From the NCBI GenBank assembly GCA_012729955.1, contig JAAYBX010000153.1, forward strand, positions 712 through 64,711: 64,000 bases of DNA. The letters are read 5' to 3'. Shown here piece by piece: positions 1-9,071 of this stretch (positions are counted from its first letter, which is position 1; every line of letters begins with the position of its first letter). The notes under the pieces are model-generated. The model was not told the origin of the DNA and did no database searches. It saw nothing but the letters and a program-made list of their open reading frames with translations. Origin of the DNA: Clostridiaceae bacterium. GTDB taxonomy: Bacteria > Bacillota > Clostridia > DUPQ01. The position numbers and the translations under genes are program-made.

Positions 1-81
1 GGCTGATATGGAGAACATCGTGAATTTAATAAACTGAATGAATTTTTCTTTAGGTGTCTGTTGTACATTTTGCTTTTCCAT
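1..81 (-). CDS. Partial ORF running off the left window edge (MEKQNVQQTPKEKFIQFIKFTMFSISA...), hypothetical
   Basis: ATG at 81-79 on the minus strand with GAAAGG about 10 nt upstream. The frame stays open to position 1. Not in the ORF track because it is truncated. Confidence 0.2.
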   Translation of the reverse strand, partial: MEKQNVQQTPKEKFIQFIKFTMFSISA

Positions 82-317
82 AATGCACGAGCCTTTCATA
101 TATACTAAATTTCCAGATTACATATAAGTGATTTTAATTCTTTTCAGTTGATTAAGCAATTGCCATTCCACATATTTTATCTTATCACCTTGAACCTTCT
201 GTTACAGTTATTCTTAAGGTGATTGCTCTTGAATTCCATCGCTTCCTGTTATTGTCGGTCTTCAGCAATTTTGCGATTCTCCATGTCCTGACACGTCTTG
301 ACAAAATCTGCTCTGCA

Positions 318-1433
318 TTATGGTCTCTTCATTTTATCATCCGTACTGACGATTTCTTCGACGTCTTTTTTCTTCCCGAACAGCACACAGCCTCCGGCAT
401 GCTCGCCGGTGAGAAATCCTTTTTCATCCAGCGACCTGAATAAAGGTGAATGAAGCGCTTCTATCAAAGGGATATTCCGGATATTTGTGTCTGAATAAGG
501 AGAAAACGGGCACGGTTCCGCGCCGCCGTTTGCGTTGATATGAAAGAATCCTCGACCTGCAGCAAGGCATCCGCCGGATGCTTTTTCATCCCCTGGGAAT
601 GATATGAATATAATGTCCTTATACTTATTCCTAAGTTCATTGAGTTTTTGTTCCATAAGCAGGCGTTCCGGATCGTCAAAGGCATTCTCCACATCTTCCC
701 CATCGGCAGGGACATATTCTATATAAAGAACAATCTTACACCCCTTATCCTTCAGGATATCAATGAAGCCTTCTGAAACCACTTCCATAAGATTATCTTT
801 CGTTACTGTGACTGAAGTGCCGAATATTATCTTTTTTTCATGAAGACGTTTCATTATACCCATCAATTTTCTGTATATACCCAATCCTCTCCGTGCATCG
901 GTATATTCCTCACTGCCTTCTATGCTTAAGATGGGAAGCAGATTTCTGGAATCATCAAATATACCCAGATATTCATCCGTTATCATTGTTCCATTAGTAA
1001 AAACAGGAAAAAGTATGCTCTTTACAGTGGCTGCGGCAAGTATGACATCCTTACGCATAAGCGGTTCGCCCCCTGCAAGCAGTATGAAGCTCACACCCAT
1101 ATCATTTGCTTCTTTGAAAATGCGCAGCCATTCCTCTTTGGTCATCTGAGTATTATCCTCACCGTCAAAACATCCTTTGTTTGCTCTTGAATAGCATCCT
1201 TTACAGTGAAGATTACAGTTGCTTGTAATACTTGATATGAGGAATGAAGGTATATGTTCACCGGTTATCTCATGCCTGCTGCGGATCAGTGCAGCTTTTT
1301 TGCATGCATTCATGAAGGACATCATGAAAATGCTTTCCTTCGGTTCTTTGAGAGTGACTCTGACAGCATCCTTAACAAGAGCTTCAATACCATCGCTCAG
1401 GTATTTATCAAGATTAATCGTGCTTTTTGCCAT
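318..1433 (-). CDS. Radical SAM protein with a partial SPASM/twitch-like C-terminal Cys cluster (anSME/peptide-maturase-like)
   Basis: CNLHCKGC (CX3CX2C) near the N-terminus. GGEP-like 'LLAGGEPLM' SAM-binding motif. C-terminal 'GGC...EPCPF...GGC' cysteines typical of an auxiliary Fe-S domain. Confidence 0.7.
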   Translation of the reverse strand: MAKSTINLDKYLSDGIEALVKDAVRVTLKEPKESIFMMSFMNACKKAALIRSRHEITGEHIPSFLISSITSNCNLHCKGCYSRANKGCFDGEDNTQMTKEEWLRIFKEANDMGVSFILLAGGEPLMRKDVILAAATVKSILFPVFTNGTMITDEYLGIFDDSRNLLPILSIEGSEEYTDARRGLGIYRKLMGIMKRLHEKKIIFGTSVTVTKDNLMEVVSEGFIDILKDKGCKIVLYIEYVPADGEDVENAFDDPERLLMEQKLNELRNKYKDIIFISFPGDEKASGGCLAAGRGFFHINANGGAEPCPFSPYSDTNIRNIPLIEALHSPLFRSLDEKGFLTGEHAGGCVLFGKKKDVEEIVSTDDKMKRP

Positions 1434-1724
1434 ATTTCAAAACTCTTTCTAACGGTAAATCATTATACTAATAATAACAGAAAAGAATACAAAAATATAC
1501 TGTATTTCACATAACTAGTCACTACTGATTAACTCAAAGCAAAACTAATTTTTACACTCCTATAGTGCTTGTGAAAAGGGTATCTACGTGATGTTATGTC
1601 TTTATTGCTTCTCCTCTATAAATCCACACCAGTTTTTGAAAAAAATATAATTTAATGCTGTGAACAATGATGGTAAATCATCAGGAAAAGGGATTTTTAA
1701 AAATGTCATGCATTCCCTTTGAAG

Positions 1725-1970
1725 TAACCATGAATATTGTTTTAATGCATGACAGACCAGTTTTTTTGCGGCAAAGCATCATCCAAGATTCTGATGGCAA
1801 AGGTTTTAAGAGAAAGAGGTATTCTTGCGGAAATCGAACTGGAAAATATATATCATAATCCTCATTGCAACTACAGTTTATGGGATATGGTCCTCTTTTC
1901 AAAAGTTAAAGAATATAGGAATATTACCTGCTTATTTAACTGTTCATGTAATGAAGCTATGACCGATATT
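1725..1970 (+). pseudogene. Frameshifted N-terminal fragment of a paralog of the FAD-dependent oxidoreductase at 2837-4579
   Basis: Two overlapping plus-strand frames give 'IVLMHDRPVF' and 'IELENIYHNPHCNYSLWDMVLFSKVKEYRNITCLFNCSCNEAMTD'. These are near-identical to residues about 35-120 of the downstream protein. The GxGxxG start is missing. Confidence 0.6.
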
Positions 1971-2000
1971 AACTCGAAATCAGTTTGCCGGAAACGGCAC

Positions 2001-2028
2001 ACGGGCTCGAATCCCGCCCTCTCCGCCA
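2001..2028 (+). other. tRNA/tmRNA 3-prime-end-like fragment (T-arm + acceptor + CCA), not an intact tRNA
   Basis: acGGGCTCGAATCCCgccctctccgCCA resembles a GGTTCGAATCC T-loop plus acceptor arm plus CCA. No complementary 5-prime acceptor or anticodon arm lies upstream. Confidence 0.3.
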
Positions 2029-2106
2029 GAAAAACATATTTTGCTTAATAGCAGAAAGGTTTTTTTCATATCATTATGATATAATTGCCTACAGGGGAAA
2101 ATAACA

Positions 2107-2787
2107 ATGGATATATCACTAAATTTCATTGAAAAAGGAACTGGAGATATTCTGATACTTCTTCACGGTAACGGTGAAAGCAATAAATATTTCAAACATC
2201 AGATTGACTTCTTCAGTTCACGATATCGGGTTATAGCAATCGATACGAGAGGTCATGGAGCTTCCTTAAGGGGAGATGCTCCTTTTACACTCGTACAGTT
2301 TGCAAAAGACCTGCACAAATTCTTTTTAGAACATAACATTAATAAGGCAAACATCCTTGGGTTTTCCGACGGAGGAAATATAGCGCTTCTGTTTGCTCTT
2401 AAATACCCTGATTATGTCACAAAGCTTATACTGAATGGAGCAAACCTTAATCCTGATGGCGTAAAAAAAGTTTATCAGTTCCCTATCATACTTGCATACA
2501 AACTTATAGCAAAAATAGCTGATAAAAATCCGAAAGCTTTAAAAAATGCAGAAATGCTTGCCTTGATGGTTAATGAACCGAATATTGATCCTGACTGTTT
2601 AAAAAATCTTTCAATACCGACATTGGTAATAGCAGGAACAAATGATATGATTAAGCATGATCATACGACGCTTATAGCTTCCAAATTACCTGATTCCAAA
2701 CTTGTATTTATAAAAGGAACTCATGTTATAGCTTACCAAAAACCATATGACTTTAATAATGCAGTAAGCAAGTTTTTAGAGAATTAA
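2107..2787 (+). CDS. Alpha/beta-fold hydrolase
   Basis: 'LLHGNGES' and 'GFSDGG' (GxSxG nucleophile elbow). Extended -10 TGATATAAT about 25 nt upstream. Confidence 0.6.
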   Translation: MDISLNFIEKGTGDILILLHGNGESNKYFKHQIDFFSSRYRVIAIDTRGHGASLRGDAPFTLVQFAKDLHKFFLEHNINKANILGFSDGGNIALLFALKYPDYVTKLILNGANLNPDGVKKVYQFPIILAYKLIAKIADKNPKALKNAEMLALMVNEPNIDPDCLKNLSIPTLVIAGTNDMIKHDHTTLIASKLPDSKLVFIKGTHVIAYQKPYDFNNAVSKFLEN

Positions 2788-2836
2788 GATTATTGCTTAC
2801 CATTAGGTTGCATAATTAAAATATAAAGAGGTGGTC

Positions 2837-4579
2837 ATGAAACATATAACCCATAAAGCGGATTTTTGCGTAATAGGCGGAGGCATTGCAGGCATCTGCG
2901 CAAGCATAGCGGCAGCAAGGCATGGTATGAGTGTTGTTTTAATGCATGACAGACCGGTATTTGGAGGTAATGCATCATCAGAGATAAGGATGCATATATG
3001 CGGAGCTGACAGAGCTGATGGTAAAGGATTAAGAGAAAGCGGTATAGTTGAAGAAATTGAGTTAGAAAATATATATCACAATCCTCAGAAAAATTACAGC
3101 ATGTGGGACATGGTCCTATTTTCAAAAGTCAAGGAGCACAAAAACATAACCTGCCTTTTAAACTGCTCATGCAATGATGCTAAGACAGAAAAGAACAGAA
3201 TAACTTATGTAAAAGGATGGCAGGGAACCTCTGAGACTTTTCATGAAGTTTATGCAGATATTTTTGCGGACTGTTCCGGTGACAGCATATTAGCTGACTT
3301 AGTTAAAGCAGATTATGTAATAGGAAGAGAATCATCAGAACAGTATAATGAATCAATTGAACCAGAGACAGCTGATTCAAAAACAATGGGATTAAGCTGT
3401 CTTATTCAGGTAAAAAAGCATAATAAGAAGATTGAATATATACCATCAGAATATGCTAAAGAATATGAAAGCATGTTTGATTTTGCAAAGTTAATGCCGT
3501 ACAGAGGAAGAGCAAGCATAGAAGGATGCACAAATTTCTGGTGGCTGGAATTAGGAGGAACGCAGGATTCTATACATGATACAGATAAAATACGTGATGA
3601 CCTTATCGGTTTATCAGCAGCGGTATGGGATTATGTAAAGAATAAAGCTTATTATGGTGCGGATAATTATTCTTTAGAATGGATGGGTTTCCTTCCCGGA
3701 AAAAGAGAAAGCAGAAGATATCTAGGTGATTATGTGCTGAATCAGAATGATATTCAGAATAGAAGTAATTTCCTTGATACAGTAGCGTATGGAGGCTGGA
3801 GTATGGATGACCATAATCCTGAAGGATTTTTACATGAAGGCAAACCTACCATCTACCACCCTGCTCCACAACCTTACGAGATACCCTACAGATGCTTATA
3901 CAGTAGAAATATTGAAAATCTGATGTTTGCAGGAAGAAATATTAGCGCATCCCACGCTGCAATGTCCTCTACACGTGTTATGGGTACATGCGCTATTCTT
4001 GGCCAGACTGTCGGAACTGCATGCTCTATTGCTATAAAAAACAATACTACTCCAAGAGGAGTATATGAAAAATACATTAAACAGCTGCAAGATAGTCTCA
4101 TGGAAGATGACTGTTTCATTCCTCCTCTGTCAAAGACTATTTCAGTTAATACATTAAAAGGGAAATATAGCAAAGATGGTAAAGGGCTCGAATATCTTCT
4201 AAATGGTAGAGAAAGAAACCTTATCGGTGAAACCAATCACTGGAACGGTTCTACGCTTTCTATCGAATGGACAGGAAAATGCAATGTCAGTAAAATAAGG
4301 ATTGTAGTAGACAGCGAACTGGAAAGGATAGAAAAGAACATGCCTTTTTCTTATAACATAGATATATATGACAGGAAAATGCCAAAGAGATTATTGAAAA
4401 GTGGTGATATATCTATAATGAAAAATGGAATATGGACAATTGTTTATCAAATAAAGGATAATCATCAAAGACTTATAAATCTTGACATTTCTGATAATAT
4501 CGAAGGTGTTAAGATAGATAATATGCTTACATGGGAAGGTTTAAACAACTGCAACATCTTCTCTTTTGAAGCTTATTAG
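2837..4579 (+). CDS. FAD-dependent oxidoreductase (PF12831-like) with C-terminal extension
   Basis: N-terminal 'CVIGGGIAGICASIAAARHGMSVVL...GGN' dinucleotide-binding motif. The ATG at 2837 has AAAGAGG 5 nt upstream. Confidence 0.65.
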   Translation: MKHITHKADFCVIGGGIAGICASIAAARHGMSVVLMHDRPVFGGNASSEIRMHICGADRADGKGLRESGIVEEIELENIYHNPQKNYSMWDMVLFSKVKEHKNITCLLNCSCNDAKTEKNRITYVKGWQGTSETFHEVYADIFADCSGDSILADLVKADYVIGRESSEQYNESIEPETADSKTMGLSCLIQVKKHNKKIEYIPSEYAKEYESMFDFAKLMPYRGRASIEGCTNFWWLELGGTQDSIHDTDKIRDDLIGLSAAVWDYVKNKAYYGADNYSLEWMGFLPGKRESRRYLGDYVLNQNDIQNRSNFLDTVAYGGWSMDDHNPEGFLHEGKPTIYHPAPQPYEIPYRCLYSRNIENLMFAGRNISASHAAMSSTRVMGTCAILGQTVGTACSIAIKNNTTPRGVYEKYIKQLQDSLMEDDCFIPPLSKTISVNTLKGKYSKDGKGLEYLLNGRERNLIGETNHWNGSTLSIEWTGKCNVSKIRIVVDSELERIEKNMPFSYNIDIYDRKMPKRLLKSGDISIMKNGIWTIVYQIKDNHQRLINLDISDNIEGVKIDNMLTWEGLNNCNIFSFEAY

Positions 4580-4607
4580 CTAAATAAATCATATAGAGGA
4601 AATACTT

Positions 4608-5465
4608 ATGGGATTTAGAAAATTCGAATTAAAAATGGAAGAAGAAAAAGCTGAAGCCTTGATAGAAAAAATCGACTGCGGGGAGTTATGGATTTTCAAA
4701 GGAGCTTCTGGCAGTGAGGACTTTGCAGGATTTATAGATAAGCTTTATTATGAGGAAAATGATAAGTACGGAACTTTCTGCTCCTGTATATTCAATGGCT
4801 GTTTGAGAATAATTACTGCATTTAGTGAAGATATGCCTTTAGATTTAGCTGACGAAATAACTGAGCTGATTATTAAAGCAAGAAACACACATAACTCATT
4901 TACAAACATATGGTATTACCCTGAAAATGATAACTTAGAACATCTGCTTTTCAATATGCTTCCCTGGCAGGCAAGAGGGCACAAGACATATGAACTCAGA
5001 TATTTAGTAGATGCCAATTATCCTTCTTACATTATGCCTTCAAATATTAAAGTAATAAAGTATGTATCCGAATATCTTGACCAGGCTGTTACAATGCTTG
5101 ATAAAGCTCTGGCTCATACATTTTCAAATCCTGATGAGGGCATTTATGAAAAAAACAAAGAATTACTGCGAAAACGCTGGGAAACTGAAGAGTGTTTTAT
5201 TATGCTTAAGGATAAGGAATTAGTAGGCATGTACATTCTGAAAGATACTGAAATCGATATTATGGCAATTGATACTGCTCATCAGAACAGAGGACTTGGT
5301 AAACTTCTTTTATCGCATGCAAGGGATTACATATTCAAAACAAAAAACAAAGAACCCTACTTATATTGCATTTCAAGTAATAGTAAAGCATTGAATTTCT
5401 ATTTAAGGGAAAACATGACCATTACCGGATATTCAGGTTATGCATGTCTTGAAAAGATTCTATAA
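4608..5465 (+). CDS. GNAT-family N-acetyltransferase (C-terminal GNAT fold)
   Basis: 'IDTAHQNRGLGKLLL' matches the acetyl-CoA-binding motif A (Q/R-x-x-G-x-G/A). Confidence 0.45.
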   Translation: MGFRKFELKMEEEKAEALIEKIDCGELWIFKGASGSEDFAGFIDKLYYEENDKYGTFCSCIFNGCLRIITAFSEDMPLDLADEITELIIKARNTHNSFTNIWYYPENDNLEHLLFNMLPWQARGHKTYELRYLVDANYPSYIMPSNIKVIKYVSEYLDQAVTMLDKALAHTFSNPDEGIYEKNKELLRKRWETEECFIMLKDKELVGMYILKDTEIDIMAIDTAHQNRGLGKLLLSHARDYIFKTKNKEPYLYCISSNSKALNFYLRENMTITGYSGYACLEKIL

Positions 5466-5657
5466 GTAGTCTACTGTTCGTTATATACTGTGTTTTCTAT
5501 ATAGCATGGATATCCTTCCAAATGAAGATAGTCAATAAGTCTACATAAAACAGAAGGAAGATATCAGGAGAAACGGCACTGTAGCGAGTATCGGAATTAT
5601 GCATCCAGCAACTGCTGATCCAAATGTTAAAAATCCTAATATTGTAAAAATTACCCT

Positions 5658-6311
5658 CTACTTTTTGGATTTACTGTTTTTTCTTGATTCTTCTATCTTT
5701 TCCTGCAAATCATTATCAATGGAACCTATATCCCTGAATTTGCAGATCACATCACTCATCACGCTGTAATTCGCTCTTACTCCTTTTGGGTCAACTTTGA
5801 ATTTGACAGCTCTGTCCCGTGCAATTCCTATTCTCATGCTTTCTTCAGCAACATCAATATTTGCGCCCAAGAAAATGAATTCCCAGTTTTTGCCTTTTTT
5901 AGATTCAATAAGCTCCTTTATCATGGGATAAGTGAATTCCCTGCTTGCATTCTCATAACCATCTGTAATTATAACTACAAAAACCTTTTCTGCTCTTTCA
6001 TCTTCAGAAGTGTGGTTTAGAGCATTCTCTATTTTAGTAATGGTTCTGCCTATAGCATCCAATAATGCAGTACTTCCTCTTACAAAATATTCGTTCTCAC
6101 CAATTTTATTTATCCCTTTTATGCCTATCCTGTCATGCAGCAGTTCATATCTGTCATCAAAAAGAACTGTTGTGACAATCGCTTCTCCATCTACTTTTTT
6201 TTGCTTTTCCAAAAGACTATTGAAACCGCCTATAGTATCGCTTTCCATTCCTGACATGGACCCGCTTCTGTCCAGTATGAAAACCAACTCTGTTAAATCT
6301 TTTCTCATCAC
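5658..6311 (-). CDS. von Willebrand factor type A (vWA) domain protein, cytoplasmic
   Basis: MIDAS elements: 'DRSGSM' (DxSxS), 'TALLDAIG' (Thr), 'VVIITDGYEN' (Asp). No signal peptide. Confidence 0.7.
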   Translation of the reverse strand: MMRKDLTELVFILDRSGSMSGMESDTIGGFNSLLEKQKKVDGEAIVTTVLFDDRYELLHDRIGIKGINKIGENEYFVRGSTALLDAIGRTITKIENALNHTSEDERAEKVFVVIITDGYENASREFTYPMIKELIESKKGKNWEFIFLGANIDVAEESMRIGIARDRAVKFKVDPKGVRANYSVMSDVICKFRDIGSIDNDLQEKIEESRKNSKSKK

Positions 6312-6366
6312 AAATCCTCCATTTTTATTAATTTATGAATAGAGTATAAGTTATAAAAATAATTAA

Positions 6367-6383
6367 TAGGTCGCTTTTAAAGC
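6367..6383 (-). terminator. Short hairpin between the macro-domain gene and the vWA gene, followed by a T-run on the minus strand
   Basis: GTCGCTT-tta-AAGCGAC 7-bp stem. Downstream minus-strand sequence is ctattaattattttta. Could be an attenuator rather than a full stop. Confidence 0.3.
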
Positions 6384-6398
6384 GACATTTAAAATTTA

Positions 6399-7361
6399 TC
6401 AGACTCCTAAAAGCGGTTGATCGTATGCGAATAGAATCTCATTGATTTCAAATATGTCATAAAATTTCTTATTCAGGAAGTATACAATAATTACATCAAA
6501 TTTACTGCTCATACTCAACGCATAACCAGCTTTTGATAACAAATCCCTTGTCTCTTCAATTGAAAGCTCTAATGCTATTGCAAAAGCTATTGCTGTCTGC
6601 TTTTTCGGCGTATATGTCTTATCATTCCTGATTTTTGAAAATAGCCTTCTGTCTATATTTGCCTTCTTGTAAATCTCAGTATGTGATCTGTTTTTTTCTT
6701 TTATTAATCTTAGAAGCATTTCTGAAAATGTTTCTTCAAGAAGATTCATATAATCGTCAAGATTTAAGCAAGTTTCAACCTTTTTCTTCGAATACTTGCT
6801 CTCTCTTGGTATGCATGGCCTGTCAGTCACTTCCGGTTTATATCTTCTCCTGCTGGCTATATAGCCAGTTAACATATCATTGTTCTCAAAGGTTCTGTTT
6901 ATGAATGATTCAATACTTTTAATGCGTGAGGGATCTATCATATATTCTTTCTTATCAGACAGGACAAGATAAATCGACATATCTTCCTCTTTTAAGAAAG
7001 CAGTTATCTCTTGAACAGCAATCTTTAAAGCTTTATCTTTTGGATATCCATGTTTTCCTGAAACTATAAGAGGAAATGCAATACTATTGATTTTCAGCTG
7101 TTTTGCAAGAAAGAGACTATTAGTGTAAATATTACGCAGAAGATTTTCGCTTTCTTTGTTGTCAAACTCATCATAATCCGGACTGCATGCATGTATGATG
7201 TAATCAGGTTTTAGCCCGTAACCCTTCGTATAAAACAAATCTGCTGTCTTACAAAAGATTCTTGCACTGCATTTTTCTGCATGCTGACTATCACCTGTTG
7301 CATCCACAATTGCATCAGTATTCATTTTAGTTATATCACCTAAAATTATCGAAAATGGCAT
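6399..7361 (-). CDS. Macro (ADP-ribose-binding/processing) domain protein with C-terminal XRE-like HTH
   Basis: 'ILGDITKMNTDAIVDATGDS' is the macro-domain N-terminal signature. C-terminal 'TEIYKKANIDRRLFSKI...TAIAFAIALELSIEETRDLL' is HTH-like. Start trimmed to MPFSII. Confidence 0.6.
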   Translation of the reverse strand: MPFSIILGDITKMNTDAIVDATGDSQHAEKCSARIFCKTADLFYTKGYGLKPDYIIHACSPDYDEFDNKESENLLRNIYTNSLFLAKQLKINSIAFPLIVSGKHGYPKDKALKIAVQEITAFLKEEDMSIYLVLSDKKEYMIDPSRIKSIESFINRTFENNDMLTGYIASRRRYKPEVTDRPCIPRESKYSKKKVETCLNLDDYMNLLEETFSEMLLRLIKEKNRSHTEIYKKANIDRRLFSKIRNDKTYTPKKQTAIAFAIALELSIEETRDLLSKAGYALSMSSKFDVIIVYFLNKKFYDIFEINEILFAYDQPLLGV

Positions 7362-7543
7362 CCGTTTTATTCCCTTTCTAATATATATTACGATATGCTG
7401 ATTATACATCATATGTTTATTCTGTAAAAGCATCACAGTGAAAGATTTTCAATTGATTTAGGCATTTATAAGCTATAAAATAGATTTATCTGTTTTTAAC
7501 TTGCATTATAGGTATTTCTATTTCTGAGAAAGGCATTATCGAA

Positions 7544-9049
7544 ATGAAAGCAATAATTATCGGAGCAGGATTAGCAGGTCTCACAATGGCAGCAGAGTTA
7601 TCCATTAAAGGGCATTCGGTTACAGTATATGAACAGAATCCCTTTATCGGAGGTATTATGAGCCATGTCAAGAAAAACGGCTATGAATGGGAACAGGGTC
7701 CTTTAATGCTTACCGGATTCGAAAAAGGCGGCATTTGCAATACAATACTTAAGGAACTTCAGGTCGAGTACGATTCAGTTTTATGCGACAGAGGTTCAGT
7801 ATTCAATGACTTCGCTTTATGGAAACCTGAAATATATGCTGGACCGAGATGGAGGAAAAACAAACTTATTGAAATCTTTCCAAATGAAAAAAAAGGTCTG
7901 GATAAGTACTACCGTTTTTATGACAGAATGGTTACCATATATGATATTCAGGAAAAACTAGAACTTAAGGAAAACTTCTTTTTAAAATTACAGCTTGTTA
8001 TAAATTTCCTAAGAATTATGAAATATTCAAAGCTGAATTCCTCTTCGTTAATGGACCTGTTTTTCAAAGACGAAAGATTGAAGGCAGTATACACTGCAAT
8101 ACTTGCAGATTTGTGCATGAAACCGTCTGAATTTACTGCTCTTGGCATCCCTTCATTGAATATTGAACAGGCTTTTGACAAAAGAATCCCCCAAAAAAGA
8201 GGATTATTCCTAAAAGACCAGTGCTTCACATACATTATAGGAGGAACTGAAAGGATTACTGAAGGATTAACCGAAACAATAAAAAGAAACAACGGCAGGA
8301 TAATGACTGGTTGTGAAGTAATAAAGGTTTTGATAGAGAATAACGAAGCTAAAGGAATAGTACTTTCTGATGGCACTAAGGACAGAGCAGATATTATAGT
8401 CGCAAGCGGTGGAGCGAAAGAGTTATTTAACAAAGCTGTAGGCAGAGAGTATCTTAAAAATGATTTTCTTGATATTGTAGATAATATTCTACCCATGGAA
8501 GCAGTATTCATGGTCCATCTTGGGGTAGATACAGATCCTCTCAAATATCAGAAATCCGAGCTTTGCTACTATTATCTTACTTATGATATTGATAATGCGG
8601 TTGATAAGATGAGAAATGGGATTTATCATGAGGGAGATGAAGGATTTTTGATTTATGTTCCCTCAGCTCATGGTAAAAACATGGCTCCCGATGGGAAATA
8701 TTCGTTAACAATATATACAGTCGCACCTGATAAACTAAAAAATGGAAACTGGGAAAGCAAGAAAGAAGTATATGCAGACAAGCTTATATCTCTGGCTGAA
8801 AAATATATTCCTGGACTATCAAGCCATATTACTGAGAAACTCATAATGACAGCTGATGAATACAGAAAACTCACTCATTTGGATCATGCCAGTTTTGGAG
8901 GGTTGGTTCCTCATATAGATAAAAAGAGAATACCCCATGAAACTCCCATAAGGAATCTTTACTTTATAGGTGCACAAAGCCAGTCCGGGGGCGGGGTTTC
9001 GACACAGATACGTTCTGTTCATATGCTTGCAAGAAAAATTATGAGATAA
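7544..9049 (+). CDS. NAD(P)/FAD-dependent oxidoreductase, phytoene-desaturase (CrtI)-like family
   Basis: 'MKAIIIGAGLAGLTMAAEL...VTVYEQNPFIGG' Rossmann motif. Length 501 aa. Confidence 0.6.
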   Translation: MKAIIIGAGLAGLTMAAELSIKGHSVTVYEQNPFIGGIMSHVKKNGYEWEQGPLMLTGFEKGGICNTILKELQVEYDSVLCDRGSVFNDFALWKPEIYAGPRWRKNKLIEIFPNEKKGLDKYYRFYDRMVTIYDIQEKLELKENFFLKLQLVINFLRIMKYSKLNSSSLMDLFFKDERLKAVYTAILADLCMKPSEFTALGIPSLNIEQAFDKRIPQKRGLFLKDQCFTYIIGGTERITEGLTETIKRNNGRIMTGCEVIKVLIENNEAKGIVLSDGTKDRADIIVASGGAKELFNKAVGREYLKNDFLDIVDNILPMEAVFMVHLGVDTDPLKYQKSELCYYYLTYDIDNAVDKMRNGIYHEGDEGFLIYVPSAHGKNMAPDGKYSLTIYTVAPDKLKNGNWESKKEVYADKLISLAEKYIPGLSSHITEKLIMTADEYRKLTHLDHASFGGLVPHIDKKRIPHETPIRNLYFIGAQSQSGGGVSTQIRSVHMLARKIMR

Positions 9050-9071
9050 AATAAATATTTAAGGGGGCATT

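Noticed and set aside
219-443. A 74-aa plus-strand ORF overlapping the 3-prime end of the radical SAM gene
   Set aside because: It overlaps a well-supported CDS, and has no RBS or conserved motif.
1950-2028. A possible intact tRNA gene ending at the CCA at 2026-2028
   Set aside because: No 5-prime acceptor strand complementary to CCTCTCC about 70 nt upstream. The only upstream hairpin is a GCCG-GAAA-CGGC tetraloop that cannot serve as an anticodon arm. Kept only as a 3-prime fragment.
7948-8544. Antisense ORFs inside annotated genes: 7948-8544(-), 9341-9787(-), 31275-31787(-), 52045-52458(+), 34806-35147(-), 37376-37780(-)
   Set aside because: They lie fully inside strongly supported CDSs on the opposite strand. 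They have low-complexity or hydrophobic composition typical of AT-rich antisense frames, and no RBS.
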